Assembly (NCBI RefSeq): GCF_008831285.2
Contig: NC_045138.2
Coordinates: forward strand, 25,358,001 to 25,422,000
DNA: 64,000 bases
From: Nymphaea colorata
Taxonomy: Eukaryota
Direction: 5' to 3'
A program made the position numbers and the translations under genes. Shown here piece by piece: positions 28,128 to 40,359 of the stretch; the first letter of the stretch is position 1, and each line of letters begins with the position of its first letter. The notes under the pieces are model-generated. The model saw nothing but the letters and a program-made list of their open reading frames with translations, did no database searches and was not told the origin of the DNA.

Positions 28128-30543
28128 CTTCTTTCTCTTCTGGGTAGCTAGTTCTGTGATTTCCTATTCTATGGACAGGAATGATGGTGCGTTGAGGAAG
28201 TGTGGAATACGAATGGTACTTATAGAGGTGGACGGTTGGGCTAGCCATTAAAGAAGAACAATCCATAAGCCGCGTTAAGAAGAAGGAAAGCACATGGATT
28301 GTGTTCTCTAAGCGCGTCTTGTTTAGGTGGATGGACAAGATTGTTGGGGAGCAAGTAGAGCGGTGTATTGCATTATCCAGAATTTAATGCTTGATCATCA
28401 GCCATTCTCGGCCTTCCCTTGTTTAATCTTTTCCTTCACAATAAGACATGTCTCAGTCATAGCATGGAAAATATTGTTCACTTCACAGTTAACACAGCTC
28501 ACGTTCATTTCATTCTCACCTCGATTTTTCCTTTTCTATTATCAATTATCATTTTTCATTTCCATCCGTTCCTGCATCCAAAATTCAGTGAGTGAATGGG
28601 AGGATGATTATTTCCTTATCACTGTATTGGGATAATATATATTGAACCTGGCTTTAAATGTCTGTAAGTTGAAAAAAATAAGATCGGCATTGGGATCAAT
28701 CAAGCTTCTATGCGGTGGCCATGGAATTGGTGAAAAATAACACCATCTCTGGTGCCCATGACGGCGCGTGCGGGATGGATTAAATCCCCATTCTTTTCTG
28801 CGTCGTAAAAAATTACTACATCAAGATGTACACGACGCTGAGGTGTTCCAATCTCTTTCTTGATACTATACTTCTCTTTGTAAATATATCTTGATCGTCA
28901 AGAGCTTACTAATTCGATTAGTATACTAACCTCCTTTGCCTATCAAAGAAAGCCTTCGGAAGGGACAAGCTGACAACGTAGAAAAGAGAAAGATTTAAGG
29001 AGGACTTACAACGCAAGCAGCAAATTTCCCTGATCAATGTGTTCCCTAGGTGCTCGGGTGCTTTGCCATGTCTTCAAAATTAATCAACTCGCTCTCTAAG
29101 AGGCTGTTTGTTATTATTTTATGAATCTATTGCAAATATTAGAACCAGCTCATGGAACACTACAATGTTCATAAATTTGTTGCAATTCTTTGAAAGGGAT
29201 TCACGGAACAATAACAAGTACTGTTGTCAAACAGTCTCTTATAGATCCATTTTTTACCATTATATATAATGGATTTGCAGAAGACTAGAACAAATTTCAT
29301 TAAGACGGAAGGAAGGAATTCTCTGATTAGAAGACAGGGTAATGAGATTATTAGGAAACAAATTGAAGGATAAGATATCAAGTCAAGAAAGGATGAGAAG
29401 AAGGTGGAACGGTTTTTAAATTCATGGCATCATTTTTGTATCGTCTAACAAAGAATTTTATGTTCTTCTTAGACATCCAAAAAAATTGAAATCCTAGAAT
29501 TTAAGCTCCTAATATTTTAAATCGCATTAATTCTATAACATAAAGTAATCTGGCTCCCCTTAAAGATATCAAGACATATATAAATTAAAGATTTTGACTT
29601 TTTGCCTTTCTGTAGCAACCTCATTGCAACCACCAACTAATCAAAATGATTTTGAATTGGGATTGCGTATGATGTAGCTATAAAGCTTTCCTTTAAACTT
29701 ATAAATTGAGAAAAAATTATTTTTCTGAAAGAATTCGTGAAAGTCGAACCGTTTATGCATGCTTTTCGAAACCCTGTACGCACGGATGAATATATAAAAC
29801 GGTCCCTTGAGTAATTTGAATCCAAATTTCAAGTAAAAATCTGAACAACAAGATATCTAATTATCGAGGCATTCAAATGAAATGATTCCAAGCTCGGTTT
29901 CTAGCCCTCGAACCATGATTCATCTGCATGCATGGTTACTTTTGCTGATTACAAAAAAACTTTGTTTATAAGTTAATTTTGGGGATATAGTTGCGCAAGA
30001 TTTGTGAAATCGATCGGCTTGCTTTGCACAAACATTCATGTAAACGACGTTTCCTCGAATTTATGACAATCTAAACTTAATGTTTCACAACTTCAGTAGA
30101 TACATAAGAACGTGTTCTTATCAATATCAATATAAAAAGCTTGACGTGAAAACGCAGCTCATCAAGAGTCCGAACCTATTCGATTCGATCGGCCTGTGCG
30201 GGCTTCATGATCAAGAATCCGGTATAATTAATTAACAAGTTCCGATGAAAATACTTTGAAATCTTATTACGAAGAAGGTCAACTGACGATTGTGAGTTCT
30301 TGATATCAGTTCATATAGAAGGTTAAATAAGAAGAAAATCATAAAGCACACACTCAATTATCGTTCTCCAAATTAATTGATACAACAACATAGAAGTACA
30401 GACGCTTAACAAATAAGAGTTACACACAAGAAACAGACAGAAAGCAGCACAGTTTATTCCCTCATTTTATTCGGTTCTTCATCTTAATCGAAAGCTTCAG
30501 TTCACGTACTACCTCATAGCTCACAAGTGGCCATTTTGATTCT

Positions 30544-31688
30544 CTAAGGGTAGCCGCCACCGTAGCCACCTCCATAGCCTCCACCAGCACTGCCGCCGCA
30601 CCCTCCATCAGCTGCACCACCATAACCACCACCGTACCCTCCACTAGCTGCGACGTTGGATAGCTGGCTAAGCAAAGCAGCATTCGAGCTTCCCCCTCCG
30701 TTGCTGCTTGAATTGGCGTCGTGGGGCAGCCCTTCGTTCCAATAAGGGGAGGGGAGCGTCCTCTGCGATGGTGGGCTAAACATCGCCCCGGTGGCATTGT
30801 TCTGCGGCGTGCCGGACGACGGAGCCAATTGCCAGAGGGAGCTGCCGTCGTCGGACAAGAATGCGTCAAAAAAAATTTCTTCACCTTCGAGAGCAGCAGT
30901 AGTCTTCTGGAGTTGTGGCCGTCCATGTTGGGAGGCAAGGAAGTCACATCGTCCAAGAGTCGTCGCTTTGACGCTGATTCTTTTTTTTTGTATATCCGGC
31001 ACAGAACCCACTCGTCAAACTAAAATCTAAAGGACCATCGTTAAGTATTATAATGTAAAGAAACAAAGATCAAGATAAAGAGTGATGAGAATTTGTACCC
31101 TCAAAGAAGGCGTCGCTACATCCAAATTGGGGTTCGAGTGTCCGCCGTCAGCAAGCCTGTACTCATCCATAATCCAATTGGTCTTCACTCCCTTCGGCCG
31201 CCAGCCGCCGTAGAACACTAGCGCCTTCTTCACGACGACCTTACGCCGACCTTTTGCATCCCGCTAGACGTCAGTGCCGGCTTGTCAGAGCCGGTGGCCT
31301 TCCAGTACCCGGACGCTGCCCTCCAGTTCGGCCGCGCCCCGTTGGGGTACCTCCGATACCTGTGAGTGAAAAAGTACCACTCTTTTTCTCCAGAGATGGC
31401 CTTCCCTGCACCATCGATCATCAGCACCCCAATTCAACGGAGAGAAGAAAAGCACCCCAATTCAAGGGAGAAGAAAAACATAGAGGGAAGCTCAACGTAC
31501 CAGGTCCATGGAGCTCACAAGGGTCAAACTTGTAGAGGTCGACCTCGGCGACGATGGCAGCGGGAAGAGGAGCAGAGGAGGCCTTCCTCTGGAGGTAGTG
31601 GACGACCAGCTCCTCATCTTCCGGGAGGAAGCAGCGGCGGCTCCTGCATGGGGAAGGCGACTAGCGGAACACCCGTGTTTGACGTCAT
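30544..31688 (-). pseudogene. Chimeric NAC-GRP pseudogene (three NAC exons fused to a GRP-A2-type C-terminus)
   Basis: Exons 31688-31501, 31405-31099 and 31019-30544 with GT-AG introns. Motifs [56 protein letters not shown], then GGYGGG...GGGYP*. Frameshifts in all three exons (net -17 removing FRFHPT; 11-bp duplication; exon 3 shift). Confidence 0.88.
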
Positions 31689-32792
31689 GCTTTCCTTCTA
31701 AAACTCATGCACTCCTCTGCATTCACTTATGAATTGATAGATAACGAGAATGTTAAATATAGAGGCCCGCAATATATGTAACATGAAGAGGAGCAGAGGA
31801 GGCCTTAAACTCCATGAGGAGTTAAAGTCCATATTGATAGACAACTTCTTGTATATCCGGCTAATGTGTAATCCATATATGTAAAGTTTCCTTATGGAGT
31901 TTAAGAGTGTGTTAAAGAAACCCATCCTTCACCAATTCTAGGCTTTTTCTTGTTTGGGAGGCAAAGAAGTTGTCTATCAATATTTAACACTCTGCTCCTC
32001 TTCATGTTACATATATTGCGGGCCTCTATATTTAACACTCTCGTTATCTATCAATTCATAAGTGAATGCAGAGGAGTGCATGAGTTTTAGAAAGAAAGCA
32101 TGACGTCAAACACGGCTGTTCCGCTAGTCGCCCTCCCCATGCAGGTGCCGCCGCAGCTTCCTCCGGGCTTCCGGTTCCACCCGACGGATGAGGCGCTGGT
32201 CGTCCACTACCTCCAGAGGAAGGCCTCCTCTGCTCCTCTTCCCGCTGCCATCGTCGCCGAGGTCGACCTCTACAAGTTTGACCCTTGGGAGCTCCGTGGA
32301 CCTGGTACGTTGAGCTTCCCTCTTTTTTTTTCTTCTCTCCGTTGAATTGGGGTGCTGATGATCGATGGTGCAGGGAAGGCCATCTCTGGAGAAAAAGAGT
32401 GGTACTTTTTCAGGTATCGGAGGTACCCCAACGGGGTGCGGCCGAACTGGAGGGCAGCGTCCGGGTACTGGAAGGCCACCGGCACTGACGTCTAGCGGGA
32501 TGCAAAAAGGTCGGCGTGAAGAAGGCGCTCGTGTTCTACGGCGGCTGGCCGCCGAAGGGAGTGAAGACCAATTGGATTATGGATGAATACAGGCTTGCTG
32601 ACGGCGGACACTCGAACCCCAATTCGGATGTAGCGACGCCTTCTTTGAGGGTACAAATGCTCATCACTCTTTATCTTGATCTTTGATTCTTTACATTATA
32701 ATACTTAACGATGGTCCTTTGGATTTTAGTGTGACGAGTGGGTTCTGTGCCGGATATACAAGAAGAAGAATCAGCATCAAAGCGACGACTCT
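30956..32792. repeat. Long inverted repeat (arms 30956-31798 and 31990-32792; 191-bp spacer) made of head-to-head NAC copies
   Basis: Arms are reverse complements across promoter, exons 1-2, both introns and the start of exon 3. Confidence 0.93.
32100..32792 (+). pseudogene. NAC pseudogene (exons 1-2 and truncated exon 3)
   Basis: Exon 1 32100-32304 ([19 protein letters not shown]...[10 protein letters not shown]). Exon 2 32374-32650 has a 14-bp deletion giving TAG 32493-32495. Exon 3 starts 32730 (DEWVLCRIYKKKN) and breaks at 32792. Confidence 0.92.
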
Positions 32793-33872
32793 AATTATTC
32801 CGAATTTAATTTTAGAACCCTTTTTATGAAACTTTACAACAAACTCAAGGCACCACATAACAATAATGCATAAACTCGGAGGATGCTACAATGCAATTTC
32901 GAATGAAATACCTGTTTTTGCTGAAAATAACTTTCGTAAACGTTGAAGCTTTAATTCTGAAAAATGTAACAGTCTTTCCGAAAATTTCGCTAATAAGGTG
33001 GACCAATTCTGAAAATTTTCAACTTTGTTTTAAAATCGGTCGAACGGTCGCGTTTTCATTTCTTCGCCCCTTTTCCTCTCTCCTTGCGGGGGCGCTTCCC
33101 TCTTCTTCTCGTTCGATCGTCGGTGGCTTCCACTGATTCTTCAGCAACCCAAAACCAGTCCGAGTGGGAGAGAGAGCTCCATCTTCCTCTCCAGCCTTCC
33201 ATGGGGTGCAGCAGAGAATGGGAAAGGGATCTCGACAGATCCATGCTCTTCCAGTCGACAGGGAGAAGGGAGGGCCATCGGCCTCTCCTCCGTCCAGCGG
33301 CAGCAACAGCAGCCGCTGACCCAACCAGGGAGCAAAAGGGGCGGCAGAACCCTCGACTCGTCGTTGGATTCTGTCAGCGCAGGGAAGTTGCAGGGAGGTT
33401 CCGCCGGAAACCCTGGTGGAAAGGTAAAAAACGACTGACCTACCACTTCATCCCTCTCTCCCGAAAGTACTCCGCCAACAGGAAGACAAAAACTGCTATT
33501 GGCGTCCGTGGCAGACATATATATATTATATCATGCAAACATATATATGCAAATATATATATACAAGGGCTTCATGCTATTCATCAGAGCTCGCAGGTGA
33601 ATCGCAGCGCACCTTTCTCCCTCTCTTTCAAACGAAAAGGGGAAACAGGTTCATTGGTTTCGACAAGAAGCCGCCAAACCATTAAAAAATATAAAATTTA
33701 AAACGAAAAGTTACTCCTTCATAAACCGGGTCGACATGGGGCCCGGCGCGATACCCACCTTTAATTGTCGATCTACTTTTTAAGTAAAGATACTCGATCG
33801 ACACATTTCATCGATGTTTTAAATTTTTAATTTTAATGGTTTTTGATGGACCCTTTTGATATGTTTTTAATG

Positions 33873-34731
33873 GTTTTAAATTTTGATATGCTTTACTTCC
33901 ACCGAGAATTTCACGTCATCTCACCACCACCATCACCAACCAACCAAAAAAGAATAGATGGAACTCCAAGAAACCCCAGCAGAGCCAAAAATGGCACCTC
34001 AGAACCAAAAGTTTACCTCAAAATGGAACGAAAACCGGAAGCCGAACCTCCCCAAAAACTTTCCCCCCACAAAGGGAGAGCGGAGAAAGAAAAAGGTTGT
34101 GTTTTCATTGAAAGAACAACACTTCAATGTCCAATTTTGGCACCAAGCGAAAGGCAGGAGTGGATTTATCAAGAGTGACAGGAAGGGATGTATCTGTCTA
34201 TTTCCTCTAACTCAGAATGAACTTCAAAAAAAATATAAAGGTTCATAACTAATATATACATACATGGCAACGTAAATGCTAGGATTCAGATACCAGAATT
34301 TTTAAGCCAAAATATCAATGGCAAGGGGTGTTAGATGACATAACATCCTGAAAAACTCAGTTTTGTGAAATAAAAACCAAAAGGGCTGATTACCAAACTC
34401 TCATCAGCTTGCTAACCCATAACTCTGACAGACAAAAGGTTATATATATTCTTTTTGTATTTGAGCTCGTTTTCTGGGGTTTATGAATCACTCTTTTCTT
34501 CTCTTCTCCTTTTTCTTTCTCCGCTCTCCTTTTGTGGGGGTAGAGTTTTTGGGGATGTCCGGCTTTCGGTTTCCGTTCAATTTTGAGGTAAACTTGTGGT
34601 TCTGAGGTGCCATTTTTTGCTCTGCTCGGGTTTCTTGGAGTTCCATCTATTCTTTTTTGGTTGGTTGGTGATGGTGGTGGTGAGAAGACGTGAAATTCTT
34701 GGTGGGAGTAAAGCATATCAAAATTTAAAAA
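33873..34731. repeat. Inverted repeat, arms ~33873-34096 and ~34508-34731
   Basis: Both strands give nearly the same peptide (LNFDMLY...PPPSPTNQKRIDGTPRNPSRAKNGTSEP) in ORFs 33843+ and 34390-. Confidence 0.9.
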
Positions 34732-34828
34732 AAGAGAGGCTAGAGGTGGGAAGGACGGAGGAGTAGAGAGGCACAATCGTCTATATAAGAGAATGTAGAG
34801 GAGTTGTAACCGTGGTTGGCTGTGGCAG

Positions 34829-35297
34829 ATGGAAAGCATGACCTCTGCCGTTCCGCTAGTCGCCCTCCCCATGCAGGTGCCGCCACAGCAGCCGCAGCTT
34901 CCTCCGGGCTTCCGGTTCCACCCGATGGATGAGGAGCTCGTCGTCCACTACCTCAAGAGGAAGGCCTCCTCTGCTCCTCTTCCTGCTGCCATCGTCGCCG
35001 AACCCTTCGGAGCTCCCTGGTAGTTGAGCTTTCTTCTATGTTTTTCTCTCCGTTGAATTGGGGTGCTGATGATCGATGGTGCAAGGAAGACCACGTTTGG
35101 AGAAAACGAGTGGTACTTCTTCACCCATACGTACCGGAAGTACCCCAACGGGGCGCGGCCGAACAGGGCGGCAACGTCCGGGTACAACATTGATAAGCCA
35201 GTACTGACGTCCAGCGGGATGCAAAAGGTCGGCTTGAAGAAGGTGCTCGTGTTCTACGGCGGCTGGCCGCCGAAGGGAGTGAAGACCAATGGATTAT
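34829..35297 (+). pseudogene. Third NAC pseudogene copy (exon 1 and partial exon 2)
   Basis: MESMTSAVP...[32 protein letters not shown]. 20-bp deletion removes VDLYKF, the acceptor is altered (gcaagg), WKATG is lost, and it ends after KGVKTN. TATATAA at ~34783. Confidence 0.9.
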
Positions 35298-35888
35298 TAA
35301 TAGAAAGGAAAATAGCTTTTTCAGATTCATTTGACTAAAGTGAGACGACGTGCAAAAAAGAGAACCCATATCTTCCAAGGTTCGTCATGGAAAGATAACT
35401 TAGGCAACCATAATCAGCCAAAACAAGCCAAAGAGAAAACTTCCTACCATAAGCTTCAATGCTTCAAGGGCGGAGAAGGAGCGGCGGAGAAGGAGCGGAG
35501 AAGCAAAGGAAAAGGCAAAAAAATATCTCTCAGTTTGAATCTTCCACGTAAATTAAGAAGAAACGTATCTCGACCTCCCTTCTTATCTACTTTGATTAGA
35601 TAAGAAGAAAACCTTCTTTTTTATTACTATATATTTCTCCCAATCCTCTATGAGACTACCACCGCTGGTTTTTCTCATTTCCATCCTTTCTTTTCCTCTT
35701 CTCTTCACTGTGAAGTCGATGTGAATTCCTCCTTCCAACCAATCAGACACTAGTGTGGCGGTGGCGGACACTCACAATCTTGAATAGGAGATTAAATTTT
35801 GGAGGTGTTACACACTCTTATCTTCCTATCTACAACCGCTATCTCTCTCTCACGACCACTATAAGCACATACATGCACGCACATAACC

Positions 35889-36045
35889 ATGAAAGGGGTA
35901 GCAGAGCAGATGCATCTGCTGCCGGGGTTCAGGTTCCACCCCTATGATGAGGAGCTGCTTCTCATGTATCTCCTCCCCAAGACTCTGGGCGTGGCTTTAG
36001 TCGCAGACATCAACCTCTACAGATATGATCCATGGGTCCTACCTG
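35889..36045 (+). pseudogene. Exon 1 fragment of a different NAC gene
   Basis: MKGVAEQMHLLPGFRFHPYDEELLLMYL...ADINLYRYDPWVLP followed by a GT donor at 36046. No exon 2 follows. Confidence 0.8.
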
Positions 36046-39000
36046 GTACATATTCCCCCACGACCATTACGTTCACTCTTCTTGCTTATTCTTCTTGAAG
36101 GTGAATCATGGTGATTGTCATAGCCTTCACCAGAAGCACCTATTTATAATTTAAAATGAAGGTGAAACAATCTTTTTTTTTTTGGTTGCTTTCATGAGGC
36201 CTGCATATCCTTCTATTACTGATGCAAATATATTTTGATTTCATTTATGACATTTTAACACCCCATGATGCATCTTCCTTTCATTCATATTTTCCTTTTG
36301 GATTTCCCTCAACCAAATTAATCTTTTTTGTCCATATATATCCAAATAAAAATAATATAAATCTTTTCTGTCCATACATAACTTTTAAAAGTCTTATAAC
36401 ATATTTAAGATCTTATATAAAAGATGTGGGTATGAGAGGTCTATAAAGGTTATTGTTAACACAACTTGGTCATTGAAAAAACAAAAAGAAAGAAAGATTA
36501 GAGTTGAAATTTAAGCACGGTTTAGCTGTGTAGCCCATATGGTTATGTTAACAATAACATCCAGAATTATCACTTTCTCCAAGAAACATCCAAATCTGGA
36601 AATTTATCGAAATAAAAAATATGTGCTTCAGGCGTTGTTTCGATATGTATGCTATTGGGACAAACTACATACAATATCTTTAAGGAACTTGTTGTGCTGC
36701 CTTTATATATTAGTCTTTCCACTCAGGCAATTTGGTGCATTATGTTTCAATGGCGTGATGCAGAAGGGATAATGTCTGCCTAATTAGACATACGGCCAAT
36801 GAAACCAACAAGTTTTTTGGTGCACTATGCAAATAGTGCGCCGTGATCGGAAATCGATGACAGATGAAGCTTCAAAATTCAATAATTTTGCTTTCTATAA
36901 GTTTCATAAAAGTTATTGCTCTCTGAATATGCTCCTGTCATTGCCAGAAAATCTTTATTCAAAGAGAAGAAATGCATTCAAAAAAGGAATATCAAACCCA
37001 AGTATCCTTGTGGCATAAGCTCTTGTAATGAGCAATTGTCTTTCAAGGAGCTTGATCGAACCGAACAATGTACTATCGGTTCTTTTTTGTCAAACCAATT
37101 GTGAAATATCCAAAATTTGGCTTCTACATATCTCTGTTTTCTTAAGGATCTAATTGCAGACAGATCCAAAATTATATATTACACACATATTACATGTACT
37201 AGATATGAACCCTTCAAAAAACTGAGAGAAGAGGTGATTTAGCTTGAAATCCTCCTATAAGCGTGATGATTTTAGTGCCAATGGGAATATGCAAGTTGAT
37301 CTTAACCTAGGTGCGCCCACAGTTAACCACGTTGCATCATTAATGACCCTGTGGACTTCACTGCAAATGAAGTTTCAATTGGAAATACTTTGCATTTTTA
37401 ATTCTGCTTAAAGCCTGCACATCATTTTAACACTTATTAGTACCATGTCTCAACTTTTTTTTTTTAAAAAAAAAGGAAAAAATCAAACCGCCCTCAACTC
37501 AAGATACAGTTTATTGGGAGTTTGATAAGAAAAAGACTATGTTTTTACTACGCATGTTTCCAAAAATTATGTTCTGAGAATATTATTTTACTGTTCCAGA
37601 CATTAATATCCATTGTCACACTATGTTTTCTTAAATAAGAATGAAGGCAGTTCTTAGAATATGTATTTTACGAACATGTATTCCAAAGTTGACTCTGCCA
37701 TCTTTTTCCCCGTTTAGGTCTAGCAGCAGTCTGGAACAAAGGGGGACAATCTTTGCTCTTTCTAGATTACGAAATTAGGTTACATCCCATATGTTGAAAT
37801 CTATTAAGAGTAGAGCATGATAGTTCATATTTAAAGAAGAACATGGTAGTCCATATCGTGAATTTCGCTAATAGTTGTGCCCTGTCACGGTTCCTTCGGA
37901 AATCTAATTGCGTAAATGAAGATAAAATGTCTAAAAACGCAAGGATAATAAAGATATATTTTTCCAATGTCTAAATCAATTTTTATAAGCTGCAAAAGTA
38001 AGATTAATCATTTTAAAATATTTATAGCTAGGACACGACCCAGATTCTTTTTTTTTTTTTTGAGAAAGTTTAATGTGGTATTTTAAAATTTTGGAAATTT
38101 TTGATAATCTACAATGGGGTTAGGCTAAATTGTTAGTTGTCTTGGTTTTTATCTTTTTCATGAGTAAAACTCACTCACTCACTCTAGTGCCAGCACAAAA
38201 ATACATTGCTATGCAACAACCCAAGGAAAGAAAAACACTTCTGGAGCTAAATTTTTCGAGTCTAATGGAGAATAAATGTTTGCCATAGGCATTTAATTGA
38301 ACATAAATTTAGTGCACCAAATGGAAATAATTTAAAAAACATTTCACAATTTTCGTCTAAATTTTTTTCAATTGCATGGAGGAGAAAGAAATAGCTCATG
38401 AATCCATTATCAAATGCCACCTTATAAAGGAAACCACTGACTCTTTTGAGTTAAGCCTGGGCACTGGGGGAGGTCGCAGGTGAGTACTTGGTATGTAATA
38501 AGGCTGGGTGTCGGGTCGGGCCCGGGCCCAACAGCCAGGCCCAGGTCGGCCCATTTAGGCCCGATAAGATAAAAAAAATATTTTGTTTAAATTTTTTTAT
38601 TTTAATAATATTTTTTATTCTTAATAAATATTATTTTATAATTAAAAATATTATTTTATAATTAAAAAATATTTTTTTAATTTAAATTGGCCGGGCTGGT
38701 CCGGCCCGGCACGATACCCACCCTTGTTTTGAAGGGCACTTTTCTGATTCTATTAAAACTTTATTGATTTTAAGTTTTTTTAGAGCTTTTTGTAATTTAG
38801 CCTGGAAAGCCAATATGAGTTGCCCAAAGAAAAAAAAGGACGAAGAGGATCGAGGATTTAGCACGAATGAATTTGAGGAGGACTGGATTTCGACGTCAAT
38901 GTTCCAAGAATGATCGATGGTGGATCGCCTGCTCTGGGGAGAAAATTCGCGTTACGGCCTCCGAGCTCTTGTTCTTCTTGTCCTCTTCTCTTCCCAAGAA

Positions 39001-39522
39001 TGATCGATCGTGGGTCGGCTGCTCTGGGAAGAAAAATTCGCGTCACGGGCAACTAGCTCTGGTTCTTCTTGTCTTCTTTTCTCTCTCTCGCGGCCGTTCT
39101 TTTGCATATTTCCCTGCTTCTAGGTTTCTGGAAGCAGGCGAACAGGCACAGCTGAAGAAAGGGTAAGTGAACAGCAATATGACCTCCCCCATTCTCTCTC
39201 TTTCTCTCTTATTGTCTTACACGCTCGCGCACACAAAAACACACGCATATGGATATTATATATCGTGATTCTGAAACTATTAAAGAGCTGTCTTTCCATC
39301 TATGAAAGGTCATGTCCCCGAAGCATCTTTTCCATAGCTACCCACACATATATTTTTGATTAATTACAGATTCATAATGGGCAGATCCGGGGACTGCCTC
39401 TTGTAGAGATTAGAGAAAGCACCTAAAGCTATTGAACCACAAACAGGTGGTGATGATGCAAAGGTATGACAATGGTGTAGCGGAATCAGTGAATCTTGCA
39501 TAAACACATGCATCTTTGGCAC
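35987..39522 (+). repeat. Direct duplication copy 1 (copy 2 at ~41907-45528)
   Basis: Shared start tggctttagtcgcagacatcaacc and shared end gaatcttgcataaaca...tctttggcac. Paired ORFs 36222/42208, 38867/44703-44807 and 39364/45370. Confidence 0.92.
38500..38724. mobile_element. Putative MITE
   Basis: Imperfect GC-rich terminal inverted ends (aggctgggtgtcgggtcgggcc / ggcccggcacgatacccaccct) around an AT-rich core. No TSD seen. Confidence 0.55.
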
Positions 39523-39769
39523 CGGGGCAATGTTTAGCCCACCAGCGCAGAGGACGCTGCCCTCCCCATATTGGAACGAAGGGCTGCCCCACGACGCCAA
39601 TTCAAGCAGCAACGGAGGGGGAAGCTCGAATGCTGCGTTGCTTAGCCAGCTACCCAACGTCGCAGCTGGTGGAGGGTACGGTGGTGGTTATGGTGGCGCA
39701 GCTGGTGGAGGGTACGGCGGTGGTGCTGGTGGAGGCTATGGAGGTGGCTACGGTGGCGGCTACCCTTAG
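39520..39769 (+). pseudogene. 3' end of the second NAC-GRP chimera
   Basis: ORF 39530..39769: FSPPAQRTLPSPYWNEGLPHDANSSSNGGGSSNAALLSQLPNVAA-GGGYGGG...GGGYP*, followed by the GRP-A2-type 3' UTR. Confidence 0.88.
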
Positions 39770-40352
39770 AGAATCAAAATGGCGACTTGTGAGCTATGAG
39801 GTAGTACGTGAACTGAAGCTTTCGATTAAGATGAAGAACCGAATAAAATGAGGGATAAACTGTGCTGCTTTCTGTCTGTTTCTTGTGTGTAACTCTTATT
39901 TGTTAAGCGTCTGTACTTCTATGTTGTTGTATCAATTAATTTGGAGAACGATAATTGAGTGTGTGCTTTATGATTTTCTTCTTATTTAACCTTCTATATG
40001 AACTGATATCAAGAACTCACAATCGTCAGTTGACCTTCTTTGTAATAAGATTTCAAAGTATTTTCATCGGAACGTCATTTACATGAATGTTTGTGCAAAG
40101 GAAGCCGATCGATTTCACAAACCTTGCACAACTATATCCCAAAAATTAACTTATAAACAATTTTTTTTTTTTTGTAATCAGCAAAAGTAACCATGCATGC
40201 AGATGAATCATGGTTCGAGGGCTAGAAACCGAGCCTGGATAATTAGATATCTTGTGGTTCAGATTTTTACTTGCAATTTGGATTCAAATTACTCAAGGGA
40301 CCGCTTTATATATTCATCCGTGCGTACAGGGTTTCGAAAAGCATGTATAAAC
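39520..40352. repeat. Inverted copy of 29751-30793
   Basis: Reverse complement of the chimera tail, 3' UTR and downstream flank, with two internal deletions. Confidence 0.92.
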
Positions 40353-40359
40353 ATTTTTG

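Noticed and set aside
33084..33701. 205-aa ORF in a GC-rich block
   Set aside because: No recognisable domain. Overlapping ORFs on both strands are typical of GC-rich UTR or TE sequence.
33843..34872. Two similar ORFs on opposite strands (111 and 160 aa) as a gene pair
   Set aside because: Similarity is explained by the inverted repeat. No protein-family features.
32793..39519. Helitron or Pack-MULE as carrier of the 6.7-kb insert
   Set aside because: No TC...CTRR ends with hairpin, no terminal TIRs and no TSD at the boundaries.
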